DNA of 64,000 nucleotides, taken from Vicugna vicugna. Taxonomy: Eukaryota. Positions 11,901-25,090 of this stretch are shown here, one piece after another (position 1 is the first letter of the stretch; each line of letters begins with the position of its first letter). Position numbers and translations under genes: made by a program. Under the pieces are notes generated by a model. The model saw only the letters and a list, made by a program, of their open reading frames with translations. It was not told the origin of the DNA and did no database searches. The stretch spans positions 792,872 through 856,871 of the forward strand of contig MU061579.1 in assembly GCA_013265495.1 (NCBI GenBank), in the 5' to 3' direction.

Positions 11901-13456
11901 TGATGTCAGGATTATGCTTATTTCAGAAAACAAATTGGGAAGTTTTTCACAAATTTCACAATTATGTGAAAATTAATCGATCATATGCAAAAATCATAGC
12001 ACAGAGCTTAGTGATTTGTTTTATTTTTAATTTTGATAAACTCTTTTCTTCTGCCTGTGTGTTGATTGAATGTTTGGTTTTTCTTTTATTTTCCTTAAAA
12101 GTCAAGCATTTCATTAACATATTTCCAATGTGGCTTTGTTCCCTTTACTTAATTAGTCACGCAAATCAAGGGATAGTTTTGTCTGTAGAGTCAATGATTT
12201 CTTTATTTCAGAAAATATGTTCTCTATAATAATTAGAATATTTTTATTCTTCCCATTTATTCTCAACTCTTCAAATAACTTCAGTGATCTATTAATGTGG
12301 CTCCAAACCTAACACTATCCTAACACTTGCACTGGGTAAATCCAATTCTAATTCTAGTCCTAACCCTAACACACCCAGGGTTTATCCTCTTCTTCTTTCT
12401 GATGATCATTATCCCTTAAACTTCCCACCATGAATTCTCAACTATGAATGTAGGTTTGTTCTCTGTATCACTGGTTTGAGTTTTTACATAATTGATTTCA
12501 TTACTAACAACTTAACAAAACATTTAAAATTATTTGTAATGTGTTTTCAGTTTTATTAAGTCATTTCCTTATTTCATGTATTTTTTAACCTCTTTTCCAA
12601 TGATACAATTTCAATGAAATCTTTGGTCTTGTCATCTTGTCTGCAATCTTTTGTTTCATAGATTTCAGGTTTTCTTTCATTTTACCAGGAGCACAAATCA
12701 GAAACTCTCTATATTTTACTTCTGTGCTTGGTAACACATCTTTTTCCAAAAGTTTTGTTTTTTATTGCTTTCTTTTGAGAGCAGGACTTTCTATCTTTAT
12801 AACCTCAACATTTATTTTTATTTTCTTATTATTTTTCTTTGAATGATGAAATTCTTCCCCAAACTTAATATGTTTCCCCAAATGCAAAATGAGTGTCTTC
12901 TTGATTCCCCTCTCCAACTGGATTTTATTATTGATCGTTAATGTCTTAAGCCATAGGCGGATTGTCAGAGAACAAGGGATTGTGCTGCTTAAACGTGCTT
13001 AAAAAGAACTTGAGCTAGGGTAATTTAATGGGTAAACTAGGAAGTGGGTTTTTATTTTCACCGTGATTCTCTTTTCACCCTTAATTCTGACTATACTGAA
13101 CAACTTGCTGTTTAGATGAAGAATCGGGCTCTTCTGCAATTGTCTCCTGGCACTTACTGTTTCTCTCACTAAAAGTGTTCTTGACATCTTAAAGCAACCA
13201 GTTAACTCCCACTCATCATTTAAAGGTAATTTTAAGTATCATTTTTTGCTAGAATTGTCCTGTGAAATCTATGTCTGAACCAGTTGACTCTAATCTCAAA
13301 TTCCATGGCAACCTATTGGTGCTTCTATCACACACCACACGTAAAGGCATTTATCACTGCATGTCTCCCAAGAGACTACATTTGGGTTACAAAATCCTTT
13401 GAGCTTCTGATTAAGATGAGAATATTTTCCTTACAAAAATACTTAAAAGAAAATAC

Positions 13457-13618
13457 ATGACCATTTTTACATTGAATTCCACCAGGTCCATGAATTCTGC
13501 AAAACTCGTATGAATACTGCCTAACATTTCATGCAGCTGGGCGAATATTCCAGGTGGGCTGCCTATTGTTACAGGAGACCATGCAGATCTTCCCTGTGAC
13601 ATTATGATTTGTTTAGCC
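13457..13618 (-). other. Candidate 162-nt exon A
   Basis: Acceptor ttttgttttgtttttAG|G (13620-13619). Open frame AKQIIMSQGRSAW...NVKMV. Donor CAT|GTATTT (13456-13451) is weak. Confidence 0.3.
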
Positions 13619-15139
13619 CTAAAAACAAAACAAAACAAAGCTAAAAATTTTGCAGCAAGAAGAGAGTTAGCTTCCAGACATGCAGCTCTGGTTGACACTC
13701 AAAGTGCGATATACTGTGGGATCTCAGAAACAGGTAACTTCTCTGTGCCTGTTCTTTTCTTTTTTTCTTCTTACAGACATTCAGCTCTTTTGACATCTAA
13801 ACAGAACTTGGCATCAATACGTTCATATCCTCCTAGGGAGAGGAAGTAGAATCAGTTAGCTGGTCAACCCTGGTGCTGTCTAAGCCTCCTGCTGTCTAGG
13901 GTCCTGGAATGAGGATCCCTCACGTTGGTATAGGGGTATCTGTAATAGACTATCCAACTTTCGATTTTCCTCTTGCCTATATCTGACTCATAGCTGTGGA
14001 TTCAAAGCATGCATCTTTACAGAATGTCCTTGAAGTCCACTATGCCGATTTTTCCTTAACTTCAAAAGGAAACAATTGATTTCTTATTATTATGAGTTAT
14101 TTTTCATGTTCTCAACTTTTCTGGCCCTCACCTTAATTTTATGTAAAATTGAGGTAATATTTAATTATCAAGGCTGATGTAAGGCATAGGAATAAAACGT
14201 GTGTAGTATAATCACTGAATAGAAAACTGTTGGAATTGTTGTTTCTGCTCTTGTTTGAAGCATTCACTCACTTACCCATTACCAATATATCTCGTGAGCA
14301 TCTGCTATCCACTGGGAACTATGCTGCATGGAGATCTCATGTCTATTGATGCAGTACATTTGCAAGGATGCCTGTGCCTGATATGATCATCATATTATCC
14401 TCTCTCTGAGTGTAATCTAGGTGTGTTACAAATGAATATTTGACAGAAGTTAATCAGCCCAGGGGATTCTATGGCTTCAATTACAGGTATTATAAGAGAA
14501 TGGTTTGTATTTAGAGTAGGGGAATTTAAAATGAATTAGCATTGCACCAACACTGACTACCTGCATAAAGGAGAGAGCACTTGGCCCTTTTGGGCATCAT
14601 TAATGAATAAGCGAGGAAAGATATCTTTTATTGAGTCTCCATTTTAATCCCCAGTACATGTGTCAGCCTCAGGTGTGTAAGTAGTGTTCTTTAAATAATT
14701 TTGATTTAGCAAAATAATAACTGAACCAATGGCAATATTAACGTTTAAATTTGTTACTTAGATTATGAATATTACTTTTTAGATAAATCTTACAGCTACA
14801 TAGGCTTAGTACAGAGGGAAGTGGAACTCGGTCTGTGAGAAGCCGGACAGAATGGAACATTTTACTATAATCTGAAATTGGGTACCTCCGCCACACTGAG
14901 GCTCTTACAGTTACCAGGACTGATTCTGTACAACACTGGCATACCTGTTTAATTCAGGTTATGTACAATTTCATTCAAAGTGTTAAATGTCACTCAGAGA
15001 ACAAAAATGAAAAAAATGTATTTTTCCAACATGATTCTACAAGGTAATATTTTTCTGAATTGCTTAATTTAATGTAAAAATTGAACTAAATGGTAACTTT
15101 AGGTTGGAGTAAAACATAGCTGTTTCACCTAAAGTAACA

Positions 15140-15375
15140 ATTAATTATCCTTATTAAGTTTTTACCATGCTTCAGGAATGTTTCTATGTTCCAACATTGC
15201 TTAGTTCTTATCACAATCTTATGAGGAAAACTGTTATTTCCCCCACTTTACAGATTGTGGAAATAAGTCAGAGAGGGAGTGTAATTAACTTTATTGTAGT
15301 TATAATTCTTAAGGTGTTGAACCTCGATTTTGACCCAGACTCTTTAACTCCGTATTCTTAAACGCAATGTGTACA
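15140..15375 (-). mobile_element. MIR
   Basis: tcttatcacaatcttatgagg...tatttcccccactttacagattgtggaaataagtcagagagg. Confidence 0.7.
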
Positions 15376-16509
15376 GCCTTTCTGCCTGTGCAAAGATTAG
15401 CTCACTTTGTGTTGAACAGTATGCTGCAAATTTATAATGCTCTCTTATTTCATGCTTACTGCTAGCCTTTGAGGTGGGTTCTATTTTTAACCCTGTTTTA
15501 CAGAAAACTAAAGCTCAAATAGGTTATTATGTATAGAGACATGTAAATAAATTGTAGAGGACTAAATACTACGTATCATATCCTGCGGACGTGAAATCCT
15601 TAGACATGGCGACTAGTTTTGGCAGTCATCATGCAGTCATCTGATTAACAGATTTGTTGACTTTTGGGGGGGGTGGGAGGCCGGGTACTCACAGATGTGG
15701 CCTCATTCTCTGCTTCCACAAAATTTAAAATTAAGATTAAAAACTTGCAGGTGCTACAGAGATACTTTTTCGACTGATAAATATTCTTTCTAAGCATTCC
15801 GTTATTTCACATTTTCTTTATGAGCCCATTAATTTGCATTTAGACAGTGCCACTTTGCAAAAGGCTTGATAAAATGAAAGTTACTTTGATTTTAAATTTT
15901 ACACTAGGATTTTCAAAAAAGGACTCTTTGCTTAGTCTCACGCATTACTGAGAATCACATTTCTATGTGTGTTATATATAATTCTAGCCACAGACTCCAC
16001 TGGAACCTTTCAAGAGTGTGATGCCACAGCAGGGACACTTATTCTGGGGCTAGAAGTGTTTTAAACACCTCCTCAGAGGTTGCCTGGAAACGACACTTGT
16101 TGCACATTAAACATCAGTGTTAAGGCACTTTAAGTGGGGTTGCTTCTTATTCTCTCAGAACAAAGAAATTTGCACCACATTTGTACAAAAATGGCTGGCA
16201 ACTGTTTGCTTGGATTTTACTCTGGGTACAGTTTTTGGAATTTTATTTTTGAATTCATTCATCCAAACGCTGTATTTGCTAGAGATTTCTACATGTAACT
16301 TGTATTCCTGAAATTCCTATTTTTGATTGATATACATATTCTAGAAAAAATAATCTGAATGTAAAAATGTGAGGAAAACAATTTGAAAAGGTACAGCACA
16401 ATTTAAGTCAAATTGTTATGCTGGAACAAAGGAGGGTCACTGCAAAATGTGCAGGAAGGGGTCTTAAACTGTTCTCGTCTCAGCTCATACATTTAATAGT
16501 GATCTTCAC

Positions 16510-16640
16510 AAATCACTCCCATCCCTGACTCTTACGATTTTCATCTGCAAAATGGGGATAATAACACTTCACTATATGCTGCACAAGATTTATTAGATGA
16601 GCAATGAATGACATGCTTAGAAAGTATTTATAAGTTATAA
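16510..16640 (+). mobile_element. MIR
   Basis: ttttcatctgcaaaatggggataataacac core. Confidence 0.7.
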
Positions 16641-17089
16641 ATGTAAAGTATTCTGTGTATATAGTCAAAGTCGTGTATTCATTCATGAAAATGTATGAGG
16701 AGATTTCCTGCAACTGATTAATGCTTTGGAAACAGTTGCTCTTTAAGAAAATAAGACCCGATGATTGAACTCAGAGGAATCAATATCAACTATTCCTACA
16801 AGTGGGGAAAAATTAAAGTGCTCACTCAACCTCAGAGATTAAGCAGTGTCATTTTTCTGCATGAGGGGCAACCAACTACTGAGTCTCCACACACTGACTA
16901 GTAACAAGGAATTGCTCCCCCAAGTCAGTTTTTATTCCTGAGTGCCAGTTCCTACGGTAAAAATCAATAGATGACAGTCTCAACCTTTACACTGCGCTTA
17001 TTCAATCAAGCCTCATGACAAACTTTCAAGATTCGTGTCGATTTTATAGCTGAGGAGAGGGAGGAAGAGTGAACTTATGCAAATTGCAC

Positions 17090-17595
17090 AGAAGTACCTC
17101 AAAACTTACTGACATAAAACAACTATCGTTTGATTATAGCTCATAATTTTGCAGGTCATGACTGTCAGCAGGGATCAGATGGTATCGCTTGTGTTCCGTT
17201 TGGCGTAATCGAGGCCACTAGGTGACATTCAGCTGGTGGCTGGTCTGGCCTGGGATGTTTAAGATGTATCCACTTATAGGTCTAGTGCCTAGAGGAAACA
17301 ACTATAAAATAGGACTCAGGTGGGCAACTCTTTTCTCCATGCAGTTTCCTATTTTTTTTTTTTTCATGGTGTCTCCAGCAGGGAACCCAGACTCCACATG
17401 TGATGACTCCAAGAGACCAAGAAAGAAACTGCCAGTAGCCTGGATCTGAATCATTGTGTCCATGATGCTCTCTATTGGTCAGAGGAATCACACTTTCAAA
17501 GAGTGAAAAGTAACACTTTCCTACTTTTAAAGGGATAGAAAAAAAAACTTCCATCCCTCAATGGGAGAATTTGCAGCCAAATTTAATCCACCACA
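17090..17595 (-). mobile_element. MaLR LTR (MLT1G/H-like)
   Basis: cctcaaaacttactgacataaaacaac...ggtgacattcagctggtggctggtctgg...ctattggtcag...gaatttgcagccaaatttaatccaccaca. Confidence 0.7.
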
Positions 17596-19169
17596 ATGTT
17601 CAAGTCATTTGGGTCACGGTATTATTTTTCCCAAATAGCTTTTTCACATATTTAGTGAAAATGCTTCCATGACTTTAAGAGATTTTATTGGGTGATTCAC
17701 CAGAGCGTTATCTTCCTTCAACATTTCATGCCTTTTCAAACTTACGCCCATACACCGACCAAAGAATATGCCCTGGTTTTGTTACAAACAATCGTTCCGT
17801 GAAACATAAAGTGATCACTCAGGCTCCTTGGCCCAAGTTTAACTGTCTTTAGAATTGATTTGTTGGTCAGAAAGAAAATTTTTTAGATCAAATATTCCGT
17901 ACATTTATTCATAAGTATTCCCCTAAGGTCACACATTTATAAGATGGTTTTCTCCATGACGTTTGAAAGTAATATATTTAAAATACAGCCATTCTTCACT
18001 TTTAACAGTAAACTTACTAAGAACATCTGTATGATTTTCAAAATGCTCTCAAATTTTTTTTATTATTTAACAGTCTAATTTGTTTTTAGTCTTCTTATGC
18101 AGTGAAACTACAGATTTCTAGACAAATTTCTATCCAATCAAATTAAACAAAGCAGATGAGCACTGTGTTCTTAACTAGCCTTTATCTCACAGTTTCCTTG
18201 ATGCCAATGGTTAGCTATTTGCTATGCGCTTCTCCAAAAGTTAAAACACCAAGTATCCACTGTTCTATTAAATCTTTAACATTGATGCATCTTGTACTTC
18301 CAAAGGATGAATGTTATAGATTTCCTTACTTCTTGATTGTTCTCTGGTACGTTTCATCTCCAGAAAATATATATGTTGAATGGAAAATGATACACGGTGT
18401 GGTTTATGGCCCCTTGCCCAGTGAGTCTGCAGTTGAAGACAGCTATATAGCATGGATTAGCAAGTATGTAACACACAGAACCTGGGGAAACTTTTTGGTA
18501 CATCACTCCCTAGACACTTTCTGTACATCTCCTCCAGGCATAACGGATGAATACTGCCTTCACAATTGCTTGGCGGTCCTATGGGATTCTGTTTCTGGAG
18601 ATGTAATTTTCCGGAAGTTATATATTCCTAAGTGCTGTATTAGCCAGGGAGGCATTATGCAAAGCCATATCCTTGGAGCATTTGGATATTCCATTTCTTT
18701 CCTGAAGTAAACAAGACTGGTTTATGTCCTCAGCAGCACCATTGTCCCAGCCATGCTGTCTTCATTCCTATCAGCAGCGATCTATTAACATGGCAGTACA
18801 GTTGCTCTATGACTTGTGACAAGTTACTCGGTTGGGCTAATTTGCAATTTTCTTTTTTAAAATGGGATAGTGATAATAATATCCAGCTCATGGAGCTCAC
18901 ATAAGAAGCAAATATAGCAATGCATGCAAATTTCTTAGCACAGCACTGCCTATGTTGTGTTTATTTTACTTTTACATGACGTATTTTATGACTTGGAGAT
19001 CTTTCTATTGTTTAGCATGTTATATTTCTGATATGAACACATTCTACCATTATGACATCTTTCATGATAGTCCCTTCTTTTCTTTTCTCATTTCCAGAGA
19101 ATTTAATCTAATTATTGCAAAGACCACCTATATTTCCTAACTCTGAATGTCCCTCTAATTAAGCCTTTA

Positions 19170-20245
19170 TGCTTCACTCAACTCTGCTTTATAAAATGAG
19201 AATCTAGCATATTTCTCACTTGAATTACAAATGTTAATAATGTTCCCTTTCCTTCTAAGGTATATGTGTTAATTTCCCATGGCTACTGTAACAAAATTTC
19301 ACAAATTTAGCAGCTTAAAACAACCCACATTTATTCTTTTATGGTTCTGGAGGTCAGAAATCTAAAATCAAGGTGGTAACAGGGCTATGTTCTTTTCAGA
19401 GACATCAGGGGAAAGTCAATTTCCTTGTCTTTCTCAGATTCTAGAGGCTCGCTCGTTCTTTGACTCTTGGACCATTGGGAGCATCCCTCTGACCTCTTGC
19501 TATTGTTGTCCTATTTCTTGCTACTGACACGAATTCTCCTGCATTCCTTTTCAAGGGACTCCATGATTACAGTTAATATAATTCATAATATAGGGGAATA
19601 TATTAATATTACATACCCTAGTTAATATGGGATAATCTCCCCATCTCAAGATCTTTAATTTAATCACATCTGTAAAATTATTTTGACCATGTTAGGTAAT
19701 ACATTCACAGATTCTAGGGATGAGGATGTAGGCATCTTGGGAGGGGCCATTATTCAGCCTACCATAGAATATATTCAAATTCATTAGAATATTTTTAAGG
19801 GCCTTCATCATCTTCATTATCTGGTCTCAAACTGCCTTCTACTGCTCTCCTTCACTCTCTGCTATTTTAATTATACCCTATGACTTCTATATTACATAAC
19901 TACACACAACATTGTCAATACATCATTCACTTTCAATCTATGAGTTTCCTTATACTCTTTTGTCCTCATAAGATGCTTTTTCTAAGTATTTTGCACTTGG
20001 GTAAATACTACACATTTTCCCAAAATCCAGACTAAATTTTGGGATCTTCTCTGCTTCTAGAATACCCTGATATTTGCATTATCATAGAACATATCATGCT
20101 ATACAGTAATTAAATATGTATTTGTCTATTTTTCTAGACTGTTAACAACTTCAGAGTTAGGGCCTTTTAAAATTCCCACTGCCTTTTTCACATAAAACAC
20201 AGAACATAGCCAAAAAACATTGTAGTTTATGAAATTAATGAAATT
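19170..20245 (+). mobile_element. L2 fragment interrupted by MLT1D
   Basis: Diverged L2 3' region on both sides of the LTR, ending ...ctagactgttaacaacttcagagttaggg...gaaattaatgaa. Confidence 0.55.
19265..19766 (-). mobile_element. MaLR solo LTR MLT1D-like
   Basis: tgtgttaatttcccatggctactgtaacaaa...ggttctggaggtcagaaatctaaaatcaaggtg...ggggccattattcagcctaccata, with an imperfect 5-bp TSD gtata/gaata. Confidence 0.85.
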
Positions 20246-20309
20246 GCTTGACAATCTAGATAGGTGATGACAGCTCTGAGGGACACAGTGCCTTGATTTG
20301 TTACTCTTT

Positions 20310-20760
20310 ATGTCAGCTGGAGGTCTTAGTTGCAAAAAAATAGAAATCCCTTACAGCTAGCTTTTTGAGACAGTTAATATGATAAAGAATGTTAGCTAGC
20401 TCACAGAATCTCCCAAAAGACAAAGAAATAGGCTTTGGGGTTATGTAGCCAGGAATAATAGCCAAATCATACCATTAGATGGTTCCTTTGGGGCCCGGTG
20501 AGATGCTACTGCCTCATGTAGACACCTAGAATCACATACACAAATGTTACCACTAGGCCTTGGCCACTGTTGCTTCTAAAAGCTACTCTTTCTGTTCCCT
20601 TTGCCAGGAAGGTGCTGGAAAGACTGATTCTTCCCATATGATTATATGACAGGCAGAACCCATGGCACATGCCTGTACACCAGTGGTGTATTAGTTTGGA
20701 ATACTTACTTCTGGCTATACTTTTAGATAAATGAATTCTTTAGGTGAGAAACATCTCCAA
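20310..20760 (-). mobile_element. Old MaLR LTR (MLT1L-O class)
   Basis: ttagttgcaaaaaaatagaaatcccttacagctagc...gctagctcacagaatc motif typical of old MLT1 subfamilies. Confidence 0.5.
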
Positions 20761-21274
20761 CTTGAAAATATTAAAAGTCATTAAGTTGTTAAAGAGGTTG
20801 ATAATTTTAACTATGCCTTTTAGAGAAGTAATGCAGATATAGATAAGTCTTTTTCGTAAATTTGCCTAAAGAAGAGAAATTGCAAATCAAAACTGTAGCT
20901 TATGGGATAATGACATTTTTTTCATTTGGAGGGGCAGCAAAAATCCCAAGAAATTGTTGATTTTTTTGTATTATCAAAATGAAATATTCATTTTTATGTA
21001 AGGGTCCAGTCAGCTGGTTAATGCTATGAGACATACACTTAGCAGCGGTATTGAACAGTGACTCATTTGCATTAAAAGATGATAAAAGTTGTCTAGTGTA
21101 GTAATGGATAGTTCATTAGATTAGTAATAGAATTGTGGTCCATTTTGCCTTAGGTTACCAATCAAAATCCATCAGTATGCTTTAGGCATAAAAGCAACTC
21201 TCTTTCTGATGAGGTTAATTGTTTTGTCCTGTCTGAATGGAAAGCAACTTAGTTTTTAAAGGAGTAAACTCAAT

Positions 21275-21460
21275 GGGGGAATAGGATTAAAAACACTGGG
21301 CTTGGAGTCAGGAGACCAGTCTTTTAATGCTAGTGGGCTACTGACTAGCTAACAAAAAACAGAGAGAATCAAAATTCTCTTGCCCCTTTGCTATCATATG
21401 TAGAATTTAAGGGGAAGACTAGATCTCTTATGTCCCTGTTAGATTTAATATTCTGTGAGT
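21275..21460 (+). mobile_element. MIR
   Basis: aaacactgggcttggagtcaggagacc... Confidence 0.55.
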
Positions 21461-23239
21461 AACTAGAAAGATAAATTTCTAATCATATGTTTTACAGACT
21501 GAAAAAACACCTAACCCACAGTGAATAAAATAAAATAAATTTTATATGGGCTGTTACCTATTTTTGGCAATTGGTAAAGCTGTTCCCTTTGTGTTTCTAG
21601 AATATGCAGCTGCAAGGTACAAAAAAGGTTTGGTTCCTCATCCCAACTCCTCTGCCCTTATGCAAGGAACTGATTTCTTCACTGCTCAGTGTCCTCTACT
21701 GTAAGGTGGACGTCATTGCCTTGCTTTCCTTACAGTACAGGTTTCTGGTGAAAGCCAAATGAATAATGCAGAAGGAAGTTATTTGCAACCTAAAATTCTC
21801 TGTTATTATAAGGATCCTTTCTGTGCATGTTACTTTCATAGCTCAGCTAATGCAGAGCTTTAAAGTCAAACAAATGGTCAATAATTTATTGAAGAACTTG
21901 CCCTGTAAAAGTCAAAATACAAGGTTAGACTATTATAAACAGTCCACACACCCTGTTAGTGGACAGAGATGTGGCGAAAAAGATTGTGAGGAAAACTGTT
22001 ATTAGAATTATGTGGCTGCTTCACAATTACACCTTCTACGATATAGAAATATAGTGATACAGCAAGTCAACAATTTTTTTTAAAATGGCACCCACGATTA
22101 TACACACACACGTGTGTGTGTATAGATAGAGTTAGAGATATGTATAAACAGAAAATAGTCATGTATAAACAGAAAATATTCATATATAGACACACACATA
22201 AAAATTGACTTTTATTTTTAGATTAGCAGAATGTTAGAAACAAAACAAATGCTCAGCATTAAGGAATAGTTGACTGTGTTACATGCATTTTGAATATTAT
22301 GTAGCAATTAAAACATTATTTAGAACCGTACCAGTGGATTGTATTTCTGTCAAGCATGTAAGGGATAGTCATTCACTAACAATTTTTCTGGTTATAGTTG
22401 TTAGTGAGACAGGACGATGCAGAAAAAACTGTCAAGGAAACAGTGATTAAAAGGAATGTGTATAGATGTGTATGTTCAGGAGGCAACCTGGGAAATCCTG
22501 GAGAGATACAACAAAGTGATAAGATGATCTGGGGCTCAATGTAATGGATGCATGACTACAGTTTAGAAAAAGTGGAATAAAACACAATCAAATAAGAAGA
22601 TTCAGCACCATCAGTGAGGGAGGGGTATGACCTAACAGTCCAAGTGTTCTATCAAGGATAATGAGGCTCGGCTGTTTACAGTCCAGATGGGAGGCAGGGA
22701 GGTATCTGATTGATAGATGAATGGAACTGATTATTTTTGTGAGAGTTCTAGAAAAAAAAGTGAAAAGATGGGTTACAGGAGGCAGATTTCAGCTTTAGTT
22801 CGTATGTCACTACGGAAGTGTTAAGTGCGTTGGGTGCTCCCTTCTGTGCCCTGAAGTTCGGGGCTCAGCTTCACTTGCTGGTGTCAAAATATTTGGCCGC
22901 CAACATTTTTGAGTCTCCCTCCTACAAATATATCTTAGATTTCTTTTAATATTCTTTCTAGATTAGTGGTTAGCTCTCTAGTTAACTGTCATTTTTTTGT
23001 TAATGTTTTAAAATATTTATTAGGTAAAATGCTCTTTCTAGTCTGTAAATTTTCCTAGAGAAAAAAACGAACAATTATCAGATGTGAGAGAGGTGGCCAT
23101 GCCTCATTTGTGAGTAGCATCTGATATACAAATAATATTGTATTCAGGAAATTTATAATGTTGATCTTTATGAAATTACATAGTATGACCAGTTTATTTC
23201 AGTTGTTGATATATCTAACTGGAAACACACAGACGATTT

Positions 23240-23430
23240 GACCATGTTCAAATTCCAGCTCTGTTTGCTACTTATATGACTTGGGCTAATATACTTAGTT
23301 TCTCCAAAATGCAGTTTTCTCACTGAAAAAAATAACCCTGTGTTTTATGTTGATAATGAGATAATGTTAATAAAGCACTTAAAAGTGCTTGCCAAAAATT
23401 TAATAAATAGCAAAAGTTACTATTATTAAA
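23240..23430 (+). mobile_element. MIR
   Basis: gttcaaattccagctctg...tgacttgggctaatatacttagtttctc...aatgagataatgttaataaagcactt. Confidence 0.7.
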
Positions 23431-24034
23431 CAGTGTTTTCATAAAGGGCTCATTTCACATATGAAGAATGCATCAAATGATTTCATTTTAATCATAAAGT
23501 TAAGAAGTATTACACCTAAGGCAGTGTGGCAATATGAATGAAAGAGGGATTTGGAAGAAAATTTGGTCAAACAAATATCCTGTACAATTAATATGGACTA
23601 GAGTTTAAGAAGTCACTGAGATGTGCCTCAAATCTTTATCTTTAAAATTGAGATGGTTAGGAGATTCTTTATTCATTTCTCAGCTTTAACTTGAGAATCA
23701 AATTACACAAAATACACTAAAGGTCTTTTTAAATTGTAAAGTGCTATACAAATGTGAGCTGTTATGATAGTTTTATAGTTCAAAATGTCTCTATACTGAC
23801 TTCTTTTAAGTGCCAGATTTTGTAGGTCTTTAGGAAATTCATTCATTTCATTATCATATTTTTTAAAAAATTAAAGGAGGTGCAGCACAAGAGAAAAATG
23901 ACTTTAAAACAAGGACAATGAGGCAAACTGTTCATGAAAGCTAACATTTTCGAGATTGAAAGAGGCTATCTGAGTAGGTGCCCCAGTGAGACTTTGGGGA
24001 AAAAAAATCGAATATGATAGTCTGTACAATCTCC

Positions 24035-24716
24035 TTTTTTAAATTTTTCAAAAAATTTTATACAATTTTAAAGGTTACTTTCCACTTACAGTTATTACGA
24101 AGTGTTGGCTGTATTCTCCACGTAATACAATACATTCTTGAGTCTATCTTACACCCAATAGTTTGTACCCCTCATTCCCCCACCCCTATGTTGCCCCCTC
24201 AAGTGGTAACCATTAGTTTGTTCTCTATATCTTTGAGTCTGCTTCTTTTATCTTATATTCACTAGTTTTTGTATTTTTTTATATTCTACATATAAGTGAT
24301 ATCATTCAGGAAATTTATATTTCTTATCTTTCTCTGTCTGACTTATTTCACTTAGAATAATGTCCTCCAAGTCCATCCATGCTGCTGCAAATAGCAAAAT
24401 CTCATCCTTTTTTATGGCTGAGAAGTATTCCATTGAGTATATATACTACATCTTTTTTATCTATTCATCTGTCAATGGATACTTAAGTTGCTTCCATGTC
24501 TTAATAGTGCTGCTATGAACATTGTGGTGATTGTATCTTTTAGAATTAGAGGTTTGGTTTTTCAGATACATACCCAAGAGGAGAATTGCTGGGTTATATG
24601 GTAGTTCTATTTTTAGTTTTCTGAGAAATCTCCATACTGTTTTCCACAGTGCCTGCACCAATTTACATTTCCACCTACAGAGGACAAGGTTTCCCTTTTC
24701 TCCACATCCTTGCCAA
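24035..24716 (-). mobile_element. LINE-1 3' end with ORF2 C-terminus, 5' truncated
   Basis: Minus-strand ORF 24461-24661 reads [29 protein letters not shown]; antisense 3'UTR with T tail at about 24035. Confidence 0.9.
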
Positions 24717-24884
24717 GATTTCTACAAGAACTTCTTATCACCTCCAGTTATCCATTTCATAAAAAGCATTTGCCATTAATGTTATTTCCATAGAATTTTA
24801 ACATTAAACTGTATATTATTTTCAAGTAACTCCTCATATTCTATAATACTGTCTTGCTTTGAGATGAATATTTGTTTTCTGTTT

Positions 24885-25090
24885 TTCTTTTTTTCCCCTT
24901 TTTTTTATTGAAGTATAGTCAGTTCACAATGTTGTGTCAATTTCTGGTGTACAGCATAATGATTCAGTTATATATATGTATATATTTTCTTTTTCATATT
25001 CTTATTCACTATAGACTATTACAGGATGTTGAATATAGTTGCCTGTGCTACACAGTAGGACCTTGCTATTTATCTACTTTATACATAGTG
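24885..25090 (-). mobile_element. Young LINE-1 3'UTR fragment (camelid type)
   Basis: tttttattgaagtatagtcagttcacaatgttgtgtcaatttctggtgtacagcataatgattcag. Confidence 0.85.

Noticed and set aside
12303..12372. Degenerate CCTAAC/CCCTAA hexamers resembling an interstitial telomere
   Set aside because: Only one or two perfect units and an irregular period; too weak to call.
13734..13776. Plus-strand GTAACT donor and strong polypyrimidine-CAG acceptor
   Set aside because: The implied 43-nt intron is below the usual mammalian minimum, and no convincing donor closes the downstream exon.
18156..18710. Longest ORF in the track (184 aa, + strand)
   Set aside because: No recognisable domain, composition typical of non-coding AT-rich DNA, and no promoter or splice context. 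One ORF of this size is plausible by chance in 64 kb.
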